A stretch of DNA of 51,350 nucleotides, taken from positions 15,138,452-15,189,801 of the forward strand of contig NC_068991.1 of NCBI RefSeq assembly GCF_001194135.2, read 5' to 3'. The notes below the pieces were generated by a model. That model had not been told where the DNA came from, ran no database searches, and saw only the letters and a program-made list of their open reading frames with translations. This document shows, in pieces, positions 1 to 11,454 of this stretch. The stretch comes from Octopus bimaculoides (lineage: Eukaryota). Position 1 is the first letter of the stretch. The number at the start of each line of letters is the position of its first letter. Both the position numbers and the translations under genes were made by a program.

Positions 1-430
1 AACGTCGTCTCCTTCATTGGACACGAAACTCAGCTTACAAAGACTTATTGGGGCAAGCGAAGGCGAAATCGGGATGACACCTGTGCCCAGAGTAGCCTTT
101 CTGGCACTTGTGCCCGTGACACATGTGTAAGGATTTTCGAGCGAGATCGTTGTCAGTGCCGCTAGACTGGCTCTTGTGTGGGTGGCACATAAAATACACC
201 ATTTTGAGCGTGGCCATTGCCAGTACTGCCTGACTGGCCTTCATGCCTGTGGCACGTAAAAGCACCCACTACACTCTCTGAGTGGTTGGCGTTAGGAAGG
301 GCATCCAGCTGTAGAAACTCTGCCAAATCAGATTGGAGCCTGGTGTAACCATCTGGTTCACCAGTCCTCAGTCAAATCGTCCAACCCATGCTAGCATGGA
401 AAGCGGACGTTAAACGATGATGATGATGAT
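1..430 (+). mobile_element. SINE family A (5'-truncated by window edge), (GAT)n tail
   Basis: Shares GAGTGGTTGGCGTTAGGAAGGGCATCCAGCTGTAGAAAC and the 3' end CCATGCTAGCATGGAAAG..CGTTAAACGATGATGAT with copies at 9303-9555(-), 11672-11972(+) and 3542-3650(-). Confidence 0.85.
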
Positions 431-562
431 TTGTTTAGGTTTGCAATAGCACTGTCTGAGAACATGTTTCAGTGACCAGAATTATGTTAAACTGTGTAAA
501 ACATTAGAGAAAAAAAAACAAGCTGTTACTTGCAATAAAATATATCTAAAGCAAATTTTTTT

Positions 563-1305
563 TTGTTGTGTCTGGGGAGCGTCATTTTCTTATTGTGCCT
601 TAAAATTTAACACACTCACCGGTAAAATTTCCACTTAAGTTTATTTTTTATTTTCCTAGTCTTGACTGTCCGTTCTTGACTACCAACTACCAGAGGACTT
701 TGATGCCAGGACACCGGAAAACAATACCACCACCACCATCAACAACAACAACAAATACACCTCTGGAATATATGGTGCAGTACAACTAGATACAGATGAG
801 ATGCATGCTTTAAAGTTACCACCAAAATTCGCCACATATAAAAAGGTCAGAAGAATTGATTGTCTGTCTGAAATTGAAAAAAACGTTCTTAAAATTAAGA
901 TGGAGGTTAGTAGAATGGACAGTCAAGGCGGTGAGCTGACAGAAACGTTAGCTCACCGGGCGAAATGCTCAGCGGTATTTTGTCTGCCGTTACGTTCTGA
1001 GTTCAAATTCTGCCGAGGTCGACTTTGCCTTTCATCCTTTCGGGGTCGATAAATTAAGTACCAGTTACACACTGGAGTCGATGTAATTGACTTAATCCCT
1101 TTGTCTGTCCTTGTCTGTCCCCTCTATGTTTAGCCCCTTGTGGGCAATAAGGAAATAAGAATGGACAGTCAAGACTATTGATAAGGTTGCAAGACACAAC
1201 GAAAATTTTAGGAAAATAAAAAGAAAAATAATAAGTGGAAATTTTACCAGTGAGTGTGTTAAATTTTAAGGCACAATAAGAAAATGACTCTCCCCAGACG
1301 CAACA
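563..1305. mobile_element. Long inverted-repeat (MITE/foldback-like) element whose right arm is interrupted by a SINE
   Basis: 563-690 (GTCTGGGGAG..TTGTGCCTTAAAATTTAACACACTCAC..CTTGACTGTCC) is the reverse complement of 905-927 plus 1174-1305. Confidence 0.65.
928..1157 (+). mobile_element. SINE family B, full length, with 16-bp target-site duplication
   Basis: tRNA-like head GCGGTGAGCTG..GAGTTCAAATTC and core CCTTTCATCCTTTCGGGGTCGATAAATTAAGTACCAG. TSD AGAATGGACAGTCAAG at 912-927 and 1158-1173. Confidence 0.9.
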
Positions 1306-1429
1306 GAATATGCTTCAACACATGAAATCACATAAAAAATCTTGCAAACTAAATCCAAAAACGAAATTTTTTTTATACACCCTTAAAATACATATGCAAA
1401 TTACCGCTTTATTATTTTGCTTGTATGAA

Positions 1430-1488
1430 TCCCCAGAAGTCTTATGTGGACTCCCAGGGTTCATATGGACCCTGGGTGAGAACCACTG
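1430..1488 (-). mobile_element. hAT/Charlie-like MITE terminus
   Basis: Minus strand begins CAGTGGTTCTCACCCAGGGTCCATATGAACCCTGGG, resembling Charlie-type TIRs. The other end was not found. Confidence 0.45.
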
Positions 1489-2599
1489 GTATAAAAAAAA
1501 CACCAGCAACAATCCCTGGCCTTGACGACCATGGAAGTCAAGTCAAACAGACTGGATTAAAAAAATCAAACAAAGAAGCCTCTATGTCAAGCATAGACAA
1601 CTTTTTTTTTCTGTAGTAAAGAGTACAGAAAAGAAAAATTTAATCTGTAATAAATTGTTACTGTTGTCATTTAACTCCAGGCTAATCTAATCCAACAAAC
1701 ACTAGTAAGGTTGCCAAGTAAGTTGTGAGACAGAACAGAAAGGAGAAAAGCCTCCATGACTAAGTTGGTAGGGAGGGGAATATCAGGGAGAGGGAGGTGG
1801 ATTTATGCCAGGTGCTGAAAGGCTAAAATGTCAAAGAGAGACAAGCACAGGTGTCTTGCCATAGAGGAGATACATGGCTAACCCACATTGTACAAGGAAG
1901 GGTGAGTAGTAGTAAGTAGGGAAGAAAGGTGAAGACAAAGGCAGTAGTAATAGGGAGCCAGAGTATATCTCAAGGTACAAGATGGTGAGTATAAGACAGG
2001 ACAGGGACAATGAGTCAGGGGGGAAGAGAAAGATGATTAGTTTCAAAAGAGTGTGAAGGGAGAGTAACAAAGGGTTTAGAGATGGGAGCAGATGTGAATG
2101 TATTGAAAGACAAGCAAAAGTGAAGGTGTAGTTGGTGGGAAATATTCAGTGTGGAGAGGTGAGAGAGATAACAGTGACTGGGAAAGGAGGATAGAACCTA
2201 AATTACTGGGGTGGTGTGAAGAGTGGTGGAGTGGGAGATATGGGGTGGGGTACATAAGGGTATGTACAGTAAGTGGAGCATGACCTGCAGATATGAGAGT
2301 GTGATGAGAATGATAGCAGATATGCAAGGTGATAAGATGGAGTATGGTAGAGAAGAGAGACAGGGATATCAGAAGGGAGATGTTCAATGAGAATAGTGTA
2401 GGAAAGAAAAAGAGGATAACAAGAACAAGAGAAGGAAGGTTCCGTGAAGATGAGAGTGAGGTAACTGGTTGATCAAAGGAAGGTGGGGCCATAATGTATG
2501 CCAATTCTGCTCTTAAACAGTCTTAGGCGAATGAGCTAAAAGGGAAATTTTGATGTACCAGAGTATGTTAGAAGCCTCACAGAATGCTTTCAGGATATC

Positions 2600-2765
2600 A
2601 TTTTTGCTGTGATGGACAGGTTTTCTCAAGCACAACAAATCAACAATCATCTCAGTCATTTGTCATCTCCTCTGTAAGGATCAACATCTTGAGACCCACC
2701 TTCCCTGCTTTGTCCCATGTCTTCCTGAATTTCCCTTTTCTACAAGTTCCATCCATTTTAAACAA
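2600..2765 (-). mobile_element. RTE-clade LINE ORF 3'-end relic
   Basis: Minus-strand translation GKFRKTWDKAGKVGLKMLILTEEMTND*DDC*FVVLEKT resembles RTE C-termini (GRPRKTW...DR..WR). Confidence 0.55.
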
Positions 2766-2816
2766 TTGACACCTTTTTTATGCTGCTCTCCTCATCCATA
2801 TGATATGATATATATA

Positions 2817-3540
2817 CAGGGTGCAGTGAATAAACAGTCATCTAAATTATGCTAAAATGAAAATAACACTGACATCTCATTTTAATAGATATATTTACCA
2901 AAATTACATAAAAATGTTTTGAAATACTGAAGAGTAAATTTATTCAATAAAATTGCCATTGGTTTCAACCACAGCCTCCAGACGACTTTAGAATCTCCTA
3001 CAACTCTTCTGGACAATCTCCTTATTTAAGTTGGTGAATGCTGCCATAGTCTTTGCCTTCAGTTCATCTTTGGTGTTAAAAGGAGTTTTGTTGGTCTCTC
3101 ATTCAACTACACCCAACACAATAATCAAATGGGCTGCGGTCTGATGAGTTAGGTGGCCAGATGCTAGGGGTGACGTGGTCACAGAAATTGTCTGACAGCC
3201 ATGTCTGGGTTCTCCTGCTTGTGTAACATGGTGCAGAGTCCTGTTGCCACACTTCTCTTAGCAAAGAAGTCTTGTCAGAGGGCCCTGGATGATCTGGGTG
3301 AAGTGATGTGTACTCTTTCCCCTCTCTGGTGAATTGCACAATCACTCTATTAACTATAGAAAACAGGATCCCAAGATTTTCTGCAACTTTACATTGACTA
3401 TGTCCACCTTCAGAATGACCCACAATACAGCTGCTTTGAAATTCAGACAGTTCCAAGGCTTCTTTTGTACATGGTATGATTAAACAATCACATATAGAAC
3501 CTGAAACATGAAAATTTCAATTAATAAAAAACAAACCTTT
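2817..3540 (-). mobile_element. Chimeric Tc1/mariner relic: Tc1-like HTH N-terminus joined to a maT (DD37D) catalytic C-terminus and terminal repeat
   Basis: ORF 3103-3456 has ELSEFQSSCIVG..SQCKVAENLG (HTH), then QDSAP..WPPNSSDRSPFDY with 37 residues between the two aspartates. 2817-3250 is homologous to the 3' half of 14608-15449. Terminus TA|CAGGGTG. Confidence 0.75.
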
Positions 3541-3541
3541 A

Positions 3542-3650
3542 CATCATCATCATCATCATTTAACGTCCACTTTCCATGCTGGCATGTGTTGGACCGATTG
3601 ACTGAGAACTGGCAAACCAGGAGGCTGCACCAGGCTCCAATATGATCTGT
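3542..3650 (-). mobile_element. SINE family A 3' fragment
   Basis: (ATC)n followed by TTTAACGTCCACTTTCCATGCTGGCATG, the reverse complement of the family A tail. Confidence 0.75.
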
Positions 3651-3654
3651 GTGA

Positions 3655-4195
3655 CATCAGAAAAGTCAGCAAATTAGGTCAATGGGTTCCTCACAAACTT
3701 TTCAAGTCTTATCGCGTGCAGAGAGTGAATGTATCCTCTTCTTTGCTGTTACATCTCACGAATTAACCTTTTTTGGACCGAATAGTGACTGGTGACAAGA
3801 AATGGGTTCTCTATAAAAATGTCAAGCACCGAAGTCACTGGGTAAGGAAAGGAGAAACACCGGCACCCCAGGCTAAAGAAGGTCTTCACCTAAGTAAGGT
3901 GTTGTTATCTGTTTGGTGGGATATGAAAGGTTTAGTCCANNNNNNNNNNACCCCAGGCTAAAGAAGGTCTTCACCTAAGTAAGGTGTTGTTATCTGTTTG
4001 GTGGGATATGAAAGGTTTAGTCCACTTGGAACTTTTAAACCCAAACCAAACGATAACAAAGGAGATCCACTGCAAGCAGCTTGAGCGGATTAAGTCAGTG
4101 CCAGAAGAAAAATGACCATCTTTGGTTTCAAGACGACAAGTGTTCATCGATCAGGATAATGCTTGGCCACATACTGCGAGGATGACACTCTGGAG
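3655..4195 (+). mobile_element. mariner (DD34D) transposase relic
   Basis: Translates to LGQWVPHKL, DRIVTGDKKWVLY, KVLLSVWWDMKG and QDNAWPHTA. Contains stops, and a gap-flanking duplication is present. Confidence 0.9.
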
Positions 4196-4299
4196 GAGAT
4201 GTGTTCATGGGGCTAAAAACTACAGTAACATCGTCCTCTATGGGACTGTCACATTTAGTTTGCAAATATATTTTACGATTCCGTACTGTTACTGTTTAT

Positions 4300-4373
4300 C
4301 TCTCGCTCAGAGATTTAATGTAGCATATATATATATATATATATATAAGCTACATTAAATCTCTGAGTGAGAG
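4300..4373. repeat. Near-perfect palindrome centred on (TA)n
   Basis: CTCTCGCTCAGAGATTTAATGTAGC (4300-4324) versus GCTACATTAAATCTCTGAGTGAGAG (4349-4373): 24/25 complementary. Confidence 0.9.
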
Positions 4374-4379
4374 GTATAT

Positions 4380-4860
4380 ATCTTTTACTCTTTTACTTGT
4401 TTCAGTCATTTGACTGTGGCCATGCTGGAGCACTGCCTTTAGTCAAGCAAATCGACCCTAGGACTTATTCTTTGTAAGCCTAGTACTTATTCTATTGGTT
4501 TCTTTTGCCAAACCGCTAAGTTACGGGGACATAAACACACCAGCATCAGTTGTCAAGCAATGTTGGAGGGAAAAACACAGACACACAAACACACATACAT
4601 ACATATATACGACAGGCTTCTTTCAGTTTCCGTCTACCAAATCCACTCACAAGGCTTTGGTCAGCCTGAGGCTATAGTAGAAGACACTTGCCGAAGGTGC
4701 CACGCAGTGGGACTGAACCTGGGACCACGTGGTTGGTAAGCAAGCTACTTTATTTCATAAATATTTGCCATAAAGGCAATGAGGGGACAAACAAGGACAG
4801 ACAAACATAAAAGGGTTATGTAGCTGTATCGATACTTACTACATAGCCACTCCTGCACCA
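4380..4860 (-). mobile_element. SINE family C, full length, with internal microsatellite and a small family B tail fragment in its head
   Basis: Minus-strand head GGTTCAGTCCCACTGCGTGGCACC, body GCCTTGTGAGTGGATTTGGTAGACGGAAACTGAAAGAAGCC and tail GCATGGCCACAGTCAAATGACTGAAACAAGTAAAAGA. Many paralogs occur in the window. Confidence 0.85.
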
Positions 4861-6255
4861 TATATATATATATATATATTTTATTATAAAATATGGTAAT
4901 TAATCATATATTAATTAATATCGATTAATTATCAGGAGGCCAGCACATCTAAAGAATCAAAGAGATTCAGAAATAATATCTGCAATCTCAGGGGATTAAG
5001 GTACATTTTTAAAAATAACGTTGACCACTAACGTGGACAATTAATGTGCTAGAAATAGATCACATCTTGTGTCTATTAAGNNNNNNNNNNNNNNNNNNNN
5101 NNNNNNNNNNNNNNNNNNNNNNNNNNNNNNNNNNNNNNNNNNNNNNNNNNNNNNNNNNNNNNNNNNNNNNNNNNNNNNNNNNNNNNNNNNNNNNNNNNNN
5201 NNNNNNNNNNNNNNNNNNNNNNNNNNNNNNNNNNNNNNNNNNNNNNNNNNNNNNNNNNNNNNNNNNNNNNNNNNNNNNNNNNNNNNNNNNNNNNNNNNNN
5301 NNNNNNNNNNNNNNNNNNNNNNNNNNNNNNNNNNNNNNNNNNNNNNNNNNNNNNNNNNNNNNNNNNNNNNNNNNNNNNNNNNNNNNNNNNNNNNNNNNNN
5401 NNNNNNNNNNNNNNNNNNNNNNNNNNNNNNNNNNNNNNNNNNNNNNNNNNNNNNNNNNNNNNNNNNNNNNNNNNNNNNNNNNNNNNNNNNNNNNNNNNNN
5501 NNNNNNNNNNNNNNNNNNNNNNNNNNNNNNNNNNNNNNNNNNNNNNNNNNNNNNNNNNNNNNNNNNNNNNNNNNNNNNNNNNNNNNNNNNNNNNNNNNNN
5601 NNNNNNNNNNNNNNNNNNNNNNNNNNNNNNNNNNNNNNNNNNNNNNNNNNNNNNNNNNNNNNNNNNNNNNNNNNNNNNNNNNNNNNNNNNNNNNNNNNNN
5701 NNNNNNNNNNNNNNNNNNNNNNNNNNNNNNNNNNNNNNNNNNNNNNNNNNNNNATATATATATATCTGTGTGTGTATATATAAATTATTAAGGTGGCTAT
5801 TCACAATTTGGAACCAATTGGCAACAAGTAGAGTTGTCACTAAAGTGATGGAGGGTGCTTGTAAGCACCAGCATTGCTAGAAATAAGAGTCAAAACAACT
5901 CTTAGCCACATGAGAGCACTTTTCTAACAGCTGACAAGGGAGACAGGCTCCCTCCCTACGACACACACATACGTGTGTGTGTTGACAAGTTAAGAAATAA
6001 TTAAGATTTAGTTGAATTAGGTACTTAAGTTGAGGCATCAAGTCACTCCAGTTTGGTCAACAAAACTCGAAGTTAGGTGAATAAAAAGCTAATAAGTAAC
6101 AAAGATTTCCAGGCATCAGTGCATTACAGCTGTTTCATAATAGGAGATATGTAGGAATCCAAAGCACTAGATATAATAAAACAAAAGTGCTATTGACACA
6201 ACACCTGATAATACTACAACAAATATGAGTGATACTATTGTGATAGAATTGCTAC

Positions 6256-6297
6256 TACTACTACTACTTCTACTACTACTACTACTACTACTACTAC

Positions 6298-6340
<43 letters not shown>
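6256..6340. repeat. Compound microsatellite (CTA)n-(TAA)n
   Basis: Directly visible. Confidence 0.95.
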
Positions 6341-6343
<3 letters not shown>

Positions 6344-6672
6344 CTTTTACATTTTTACTTATTTTAGTCATTTGACTGCAGCCATGTTGGAGCATCACCT
6401 CTAGTCGAGAACATCGACCCCTGGACTTATTTTTTGTAAGCCTAGTACTTATTCTATCACTCTCTTTTGCTGAACTGCTAAGTTAGGGGGATGCAAACAC
6501 ACCACCATCGGTTGTCAGGCAATGTTGAGGGGGTGACAAACAGACACACAAACATACACACACACACACACACATATATATATACATATATACGAAGGGC
6601 TTCTTTCAGTTTCCATCTACCAAATCCATTCACAAAGCTTTGGTCAGCCCGAGGCTATAGTAGAAGACATTG
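6341..6672 (-). mobile_element. SINE family C (head truncated)
   Basis: Colinear with 4380-4690. Confidence 0.85.
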
Positions 6673-6924
6673 TTTACCCTGATATGAGATCACCACGATG
6701 TGCACATATGGTTGTGATGCATGTCACTAGTGTACCCTTATCAGATGGGTAATCATGATGGGTATACTGGGCTTTGTATATTTTACCCCAGTGTCACTTT
6801 GATGGCATGCACTGCTCTCTCACTCAATAATAATAGCAATAATATCCCCAGCTGCAATCGTAGGGTGAGATCCCAATGTCCATTATTAGCTCGTTGTTTA
6901 GCTCAAAATGTTGTTTATTAATGT

Positions 6925-8698
6925 ACAGTAATGACTGAAACTAGTAACTTTATTTACATCGAGTGCTTGATAACTATAAAGAAGCCCCTTAATAACCATT
7001 TTTCATCTTTTAGACTTAGACATAAGGCCAACAGTATATCATTATCTAGTAAAATCTGGGAACTTAAGGATAGCAATAGCCTTAAATGGGATATAGCACG
7101 TGGAGCTCAGCCATACAAAGATAGTCAATATGGATGTGAACTATGTTGTATGGAAACTTATGAAATTTTTAAGTATAGAGATAAAAATAATCTAATTAAT
7201 TATAGATTAGACCTTTGGGTATCTTGTGCACATAGGATCACCTGTACCTTCAAATACTTTGGAAACAATATTATACATATCATACTATGATTCGGTGGCA
7301 GAAATTATCTGGGGTGTCATATCTTTCATAACATACCCTCTATTGTATGGAGTTATACATAATATTGCCCTTTTATAACCCCTACCTCTTTAATCTGTTT
7401 TCCTACTATACTTAGATTACACTATTTCCCCATCGGTTCTAAGACTTTCGTCCCTATCAGTCATCATACGTGTATTTACAATGGATTACCNNNNNNNNNN
7501 NNNNNNNNNNNNNNNNNNNNNNNNNNNNNNNNNNNNNNNNNNNNNNNNNNNNNNNNNNNNNNNNNNNNNNNNNNNNNNNNNNNNNNNNNNNNNNNNNNNN
7601 NNNNNNNNNNNNNNNNNNNNNNNNNNNNNNNNNNNNNNNNNNNNNNNNNNNNNNNNNNNNNNNNNNNNNNNNNNNNNNNNNNNNNNNNNNNNNNNNNNNN
7701 NNNNNNNNNNNNNNNNNNNNNNNNNNNNNNNNNNNNNNNNNNNNNNNNNNNNNNNNNNNNNNNNNNNNNNNNNNNNNNNNNNNNNNNNNNNNNNNNNNNN
7801 NNNNNNNNNNNNNNNNNNNNNNNNNNNNNNNNNNNNNNNNNNNNNNNNNNNNNNNNNNNNNNNNNNNNNNNNNNNNNNCCTAACTCTAACCCTAACCCTA
7901 ACCCTAGGGTTAGAGGTAGGGTTAGGGTTAGGGTTAGGGTTAGGGTTAGGGTTAAAGCAAATTTAAAATGAAAAAAGCAAATAAAACAAAGAATCGTTTG
8001 TTTATGTAGTCGGCACTTAATGTATATCGGCTGAATGGACGTCAGTGATTGGTTGAAATTATCGAAATAAGACAATTTTTTACATGAAATAAATTCGAAT
8101 ACAAAAATATTTTTCTGTTCTATAACACAAAATAGATAAGTATAGGAAGTTTGAAAGTCTTTCGGTACCAAAAACACTACGTAAAACATTAATGAAAAAT
8201 GTGGCCCCCGTTTTAAAAAAGATCCGTGTTATGATTTTACACTCATCTGTGCTTGTAATAATATATCTTACAATTATTGTATAAAACCATTTCCAATGGT
8301 ATCTTTATCTTATTTTATATATTCCTTTAATTAGCTTTCGTTATGAATACCTTGACTTATCCTTATTTTATTATCTTTTATCTCTCTTTATATCTGGCAT
8401 ACATTTTATGGCATTCGCAAGGTAAAATTTTTATCTTTATTTTTACTTTTTCATTTTATAAATTCTTCATTGGAATTTTATGCAAAAATTTTTACCTTAT
8501 ATTCATTTTTATTTTATTTTATTTATTCTTGTATCTTATATTATATTATTGTATTTTATATATCTATATACCCTCATATATACTGGTGTAATTTCTAAGG
8601 ATTGACAAAAGGTTTGTAATTTCTTTCCATAATAATCGTGGTATAATATAATACAATATGGTATTTATATTTATATTCATATTTTATAATTGCACTAC

Positions 8699-8756
<58 letters not shown>

Positions 8757-9082
8757 CATATGATATTTTTATGTATATGTATGTGATATTTTTATACCTT
8801 CTCATATCCTTTCAAATTTTTTCATAATATTGGTAATTTTTATATAAATATATTTTTTCTAAGGTTTTTAAATAATTTTACCTGATATAGAAATATTTAT
8901 CTTCTATTTTTAGCCCTTAATCTTTGGTTTTGATTCAATAGAAAATGCGTACCCCTACTCGGATGATATCTGAATTTAATTATAGGTTCATTGTTGAATA
9001 GTTTTAGCATGACTACCTTAGCAGAAAGCTAGGAAGAAACATTATGAGGTTTATCTTATATATAAAATTCCCCACTTTTATG
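6925..9082 (+). mobile_element. Penelope-like element (family PLE-A): GIY-YIG endonuclease C-terminus plus long AT-rich 3' region, interrupted by a gap and an insertion
   Basis: ORF 6931-7290 reads FIYIE..NNHFSSFR..SLSSKIWELKD..WDIARGAQPY..CELC..E..LIN..SCAH, the PLE EN pattern. 7050-7490 and 8226-9082 are homologous to the reverse complement of 29555-30880. Confidence 0.8.
7879..7954. repeat. Interstitial telomere-like repeat, (CCCTAA)n then (TTAGGG)n, joined at CCCTAGGG
   Basis: Directly visible. The left side runs into an N-gap. Confidence 0.95.
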
Positions 9083-9302
9083 GCTTAGGTTGATTTATCT
9101 ATCCTTCTTCTCTAACTAGGTTCTTAAATCCTTTTCTAAATTTAAATTTTTTAATACATAAATTTTGGATACACATCTTTTCCCATACTTTTAATTCCCA
9201 CACTTAAATCTCATTGTGACCTCTTTTGTTTTCCATTTTAGGCCCCCTTTTATTTGATAATCATAATATTTTAAATCACTCCAATCCTTCCTCTTTCTGG
9301 TT

Positions 9303-9555
9303 ATCATCATCATCATCATCGTTGTTTAACTTCCACTTTCCATGCTAGCATGGGTTGGACGATTTGACTGAGGACTGGTGGACCAGGTAGCTACACCAGG
9401 CTCCAATCTGATTTGGCAGAGTTTCTACAGCTGGATGCCCTTCCTAACGCCAACCACTCCGAGAGTGTAGTGGGTGCTTTTATGTGCCACTGGCACGAAG
9501 GCCAGTCAGGCGGTACTGGCAATGGCCAAGCTCGAAATGGTGTATTTTACATGCC
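9303..9555 (-). mobile_element. SINE family A (3' part)
   Basis: Reverse complement of about 180-430. Confidence 0.85.
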
Positions 9556-10697
9556 TATGTTACTAGCAACTTCTGAGACATATTCTTTTATGTAGAACTG
9601 GTTGGTTATATGGTTCCTGTAAAATAGGGATAGGGGAGAGTATCTGACATTAATTAATTTATCACCACCAACAAAAACTTAACTGTCAATTTCCAATGGA
9701 TTTAATTCTAAGGAGTTTAGACTACATGCTGCATTCAGTCTTTTGAAAAATGATAGGGATAAAGATGAATGTAACTATATCACCTCTTTCTTAACACCCA
9801 TTATTTTCTTCAACCACTCTTAATTATAGTAAGCTTTAAGTATTTTTTTCCCTAAATTCATTCTGCCACAAAAATAGCAAAGAGAAGCAATGTAATTATT
9901 TTAGTCTTTAGTACTGATGAAAAATTTGCTAAAAAATTATAATGGAGTATCCTGTATGTTGGAAATCTATATAGTCATCTGCACCCAAAAAGAGAGGTTT
10001 ATTTCAGATTGATGTAATGTTTTCATTGATCGATTAAATAGAGCTACTTGAAAGAGGCATAATGTATTGATACCTGGACATCCTTGTTACTTATTTGCTA
10101 TGTGTATATATATATATATATATATNNNNNNNNNNNNNNNNNNNNNNNNNNNNNNNNNNNNNNNNNNNNNNNNNNNNNNNNNNNNNNNNNNNNNNNNNNN
10201 NNNNNNNNNNNNNNNNNNNNTATATATTTATAAATGTTCTAAAATCATCACAGCCTTGGTTTTTTTATCTCATTCTAAAATAAAAAAAATTTATATGTGT
10301 GTGTGTGTGTGTATACAATAATACCTCACTTTAGGAGGATCTGCTTTACAAGATCGAGGGCATACAAGCTTTATTTTTCAAGTACACAATCCAAATTTTG
10401 AACAAAGTGCAAAAGTTTCTACTACCATAACAAATACTTCTGCATGTTACCGAGAAATTTATAGAGAGTGAAAATAAGCAAACAACTCTAGACTTGTTTT
10501 TTTAAAAGATGTCCACAAGTCTGTCTATGAGTGCTTGTGAATCAGCAATCGTGTCTACAAGTGACGGTGTGTGTGAGTAAAGGTGATTCAGAAGACAATT
10601 ATAATAATACAGTTCTATATTTAAAAGATGAGGAATTATGTACATTATTTACCTTATTTACATTTGACGGATATTTGTCCTCATCTTGTTTGTTGTT

Positions 10698-10743
10698 AAC
10701 ACAACGTTTTGGCTGATATACCCTCCAGCCTTCATCAGGTGTC
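10698..10743 (-). ncRNA. Minimal type-I hammerhead ribozyme motif (HH-2) with G12A substitution, within a repeat at about 10560-10790
   Basis: Minus strand: GACAC CTGATGA A GGCTG-GAGGGTATAT-CAGCC AAAA CG TT GTGTT. Helix I and II pair, and helix III is the palindrome AACGTT. GAAA reads AAAA. Confidence 0.65.
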
Positions 10744-11454
10744 TTGGGGAAATTTCGAACCTGGATTCTCGTTCCTAAGGTATATATCTATCTATACATC
10801 TATGCACACACACACACATACATTCCCTCTCTGTCATATGCACACATGCAAACATGCATAGACATTCACAGCTACCCCCACCCCACCCACATGCTTTTCA
10901 CCTCACTTGACTTAATTAAACACCAGTCACTAACCTGTTTGTTGACTCACATCCTATACATACATCACTCACATAAACACAAACACACATGTACATAGAC
11001 ACTACCACACACACACACACACACACACACACTGGCCATCTTTGCACTCTCCTGTCCTCAAAAACCACTTTCTGTCTCTGTCCACTTTTGGTTACATCAG
11101 CAATGTAACGACACAAGTACTGCCTGTGATTGTTTTCCTTATTTGGATTTTTCCTTTTTCCTATCCGAGAAAGAGCTATACTCAAAATGTCAACAACTTT
11201 CTCTTTTTACTGAGCATCAGACTAATACATTCCTTGTGCACATCTTGTTGTTGCTTGTTATTGTTAATTTTATTGTTTGTTTATTTGATTTGACTACACA
11301 CACACACACACACACATATATGAGAGTTATTAGTATCCAGAGGACCTAAGGTGGCACGTAAGTCTATGTAAGTACTATGGAAGGACCGTAGTTAAACTTT
11401 TGGTTTGATAATAATATGAGTGAGGAATCTAATGCGGTTCTTGTATGAGCATGT

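Noticed and set aside
928-1010. tRNA genes suggested by A- and B-box-like motifs
   Set aside because: All are SINE heads continuing into repeat bodies, with no complete cloverleaf.
1831-2504. Leu/Ser/Pro-rich minus-strand ORFs
   Set aside because: They are a compositional consequence of the purine-rich tract and show no domain motif.
3865-4024. Exact 75-bp direct repeat either side of a 10-N gap
   Set aside because: This is typical of unmerged overlapping contig ends, so it is an assembly artefact.
6120-6170. GAAACAGCTGTA on the minus strand, same as the HH-1 3' half
   Set aside because: No CUGANGA core or convincing helix II.
7879-7954. Chromosome end-to-end fusion scar
   Set aside because: The orientation is CCCTAA then TTAGGG, the reverse of a fusion, and it lies within a small insertion.
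8343-8591. Hydrophobic ORF MNTLTYPY.., also at 30020-30247
   Set aside because: It lies in the AT-rich 3' region of PLE-A, and the two copies shift frame after 9 codons.
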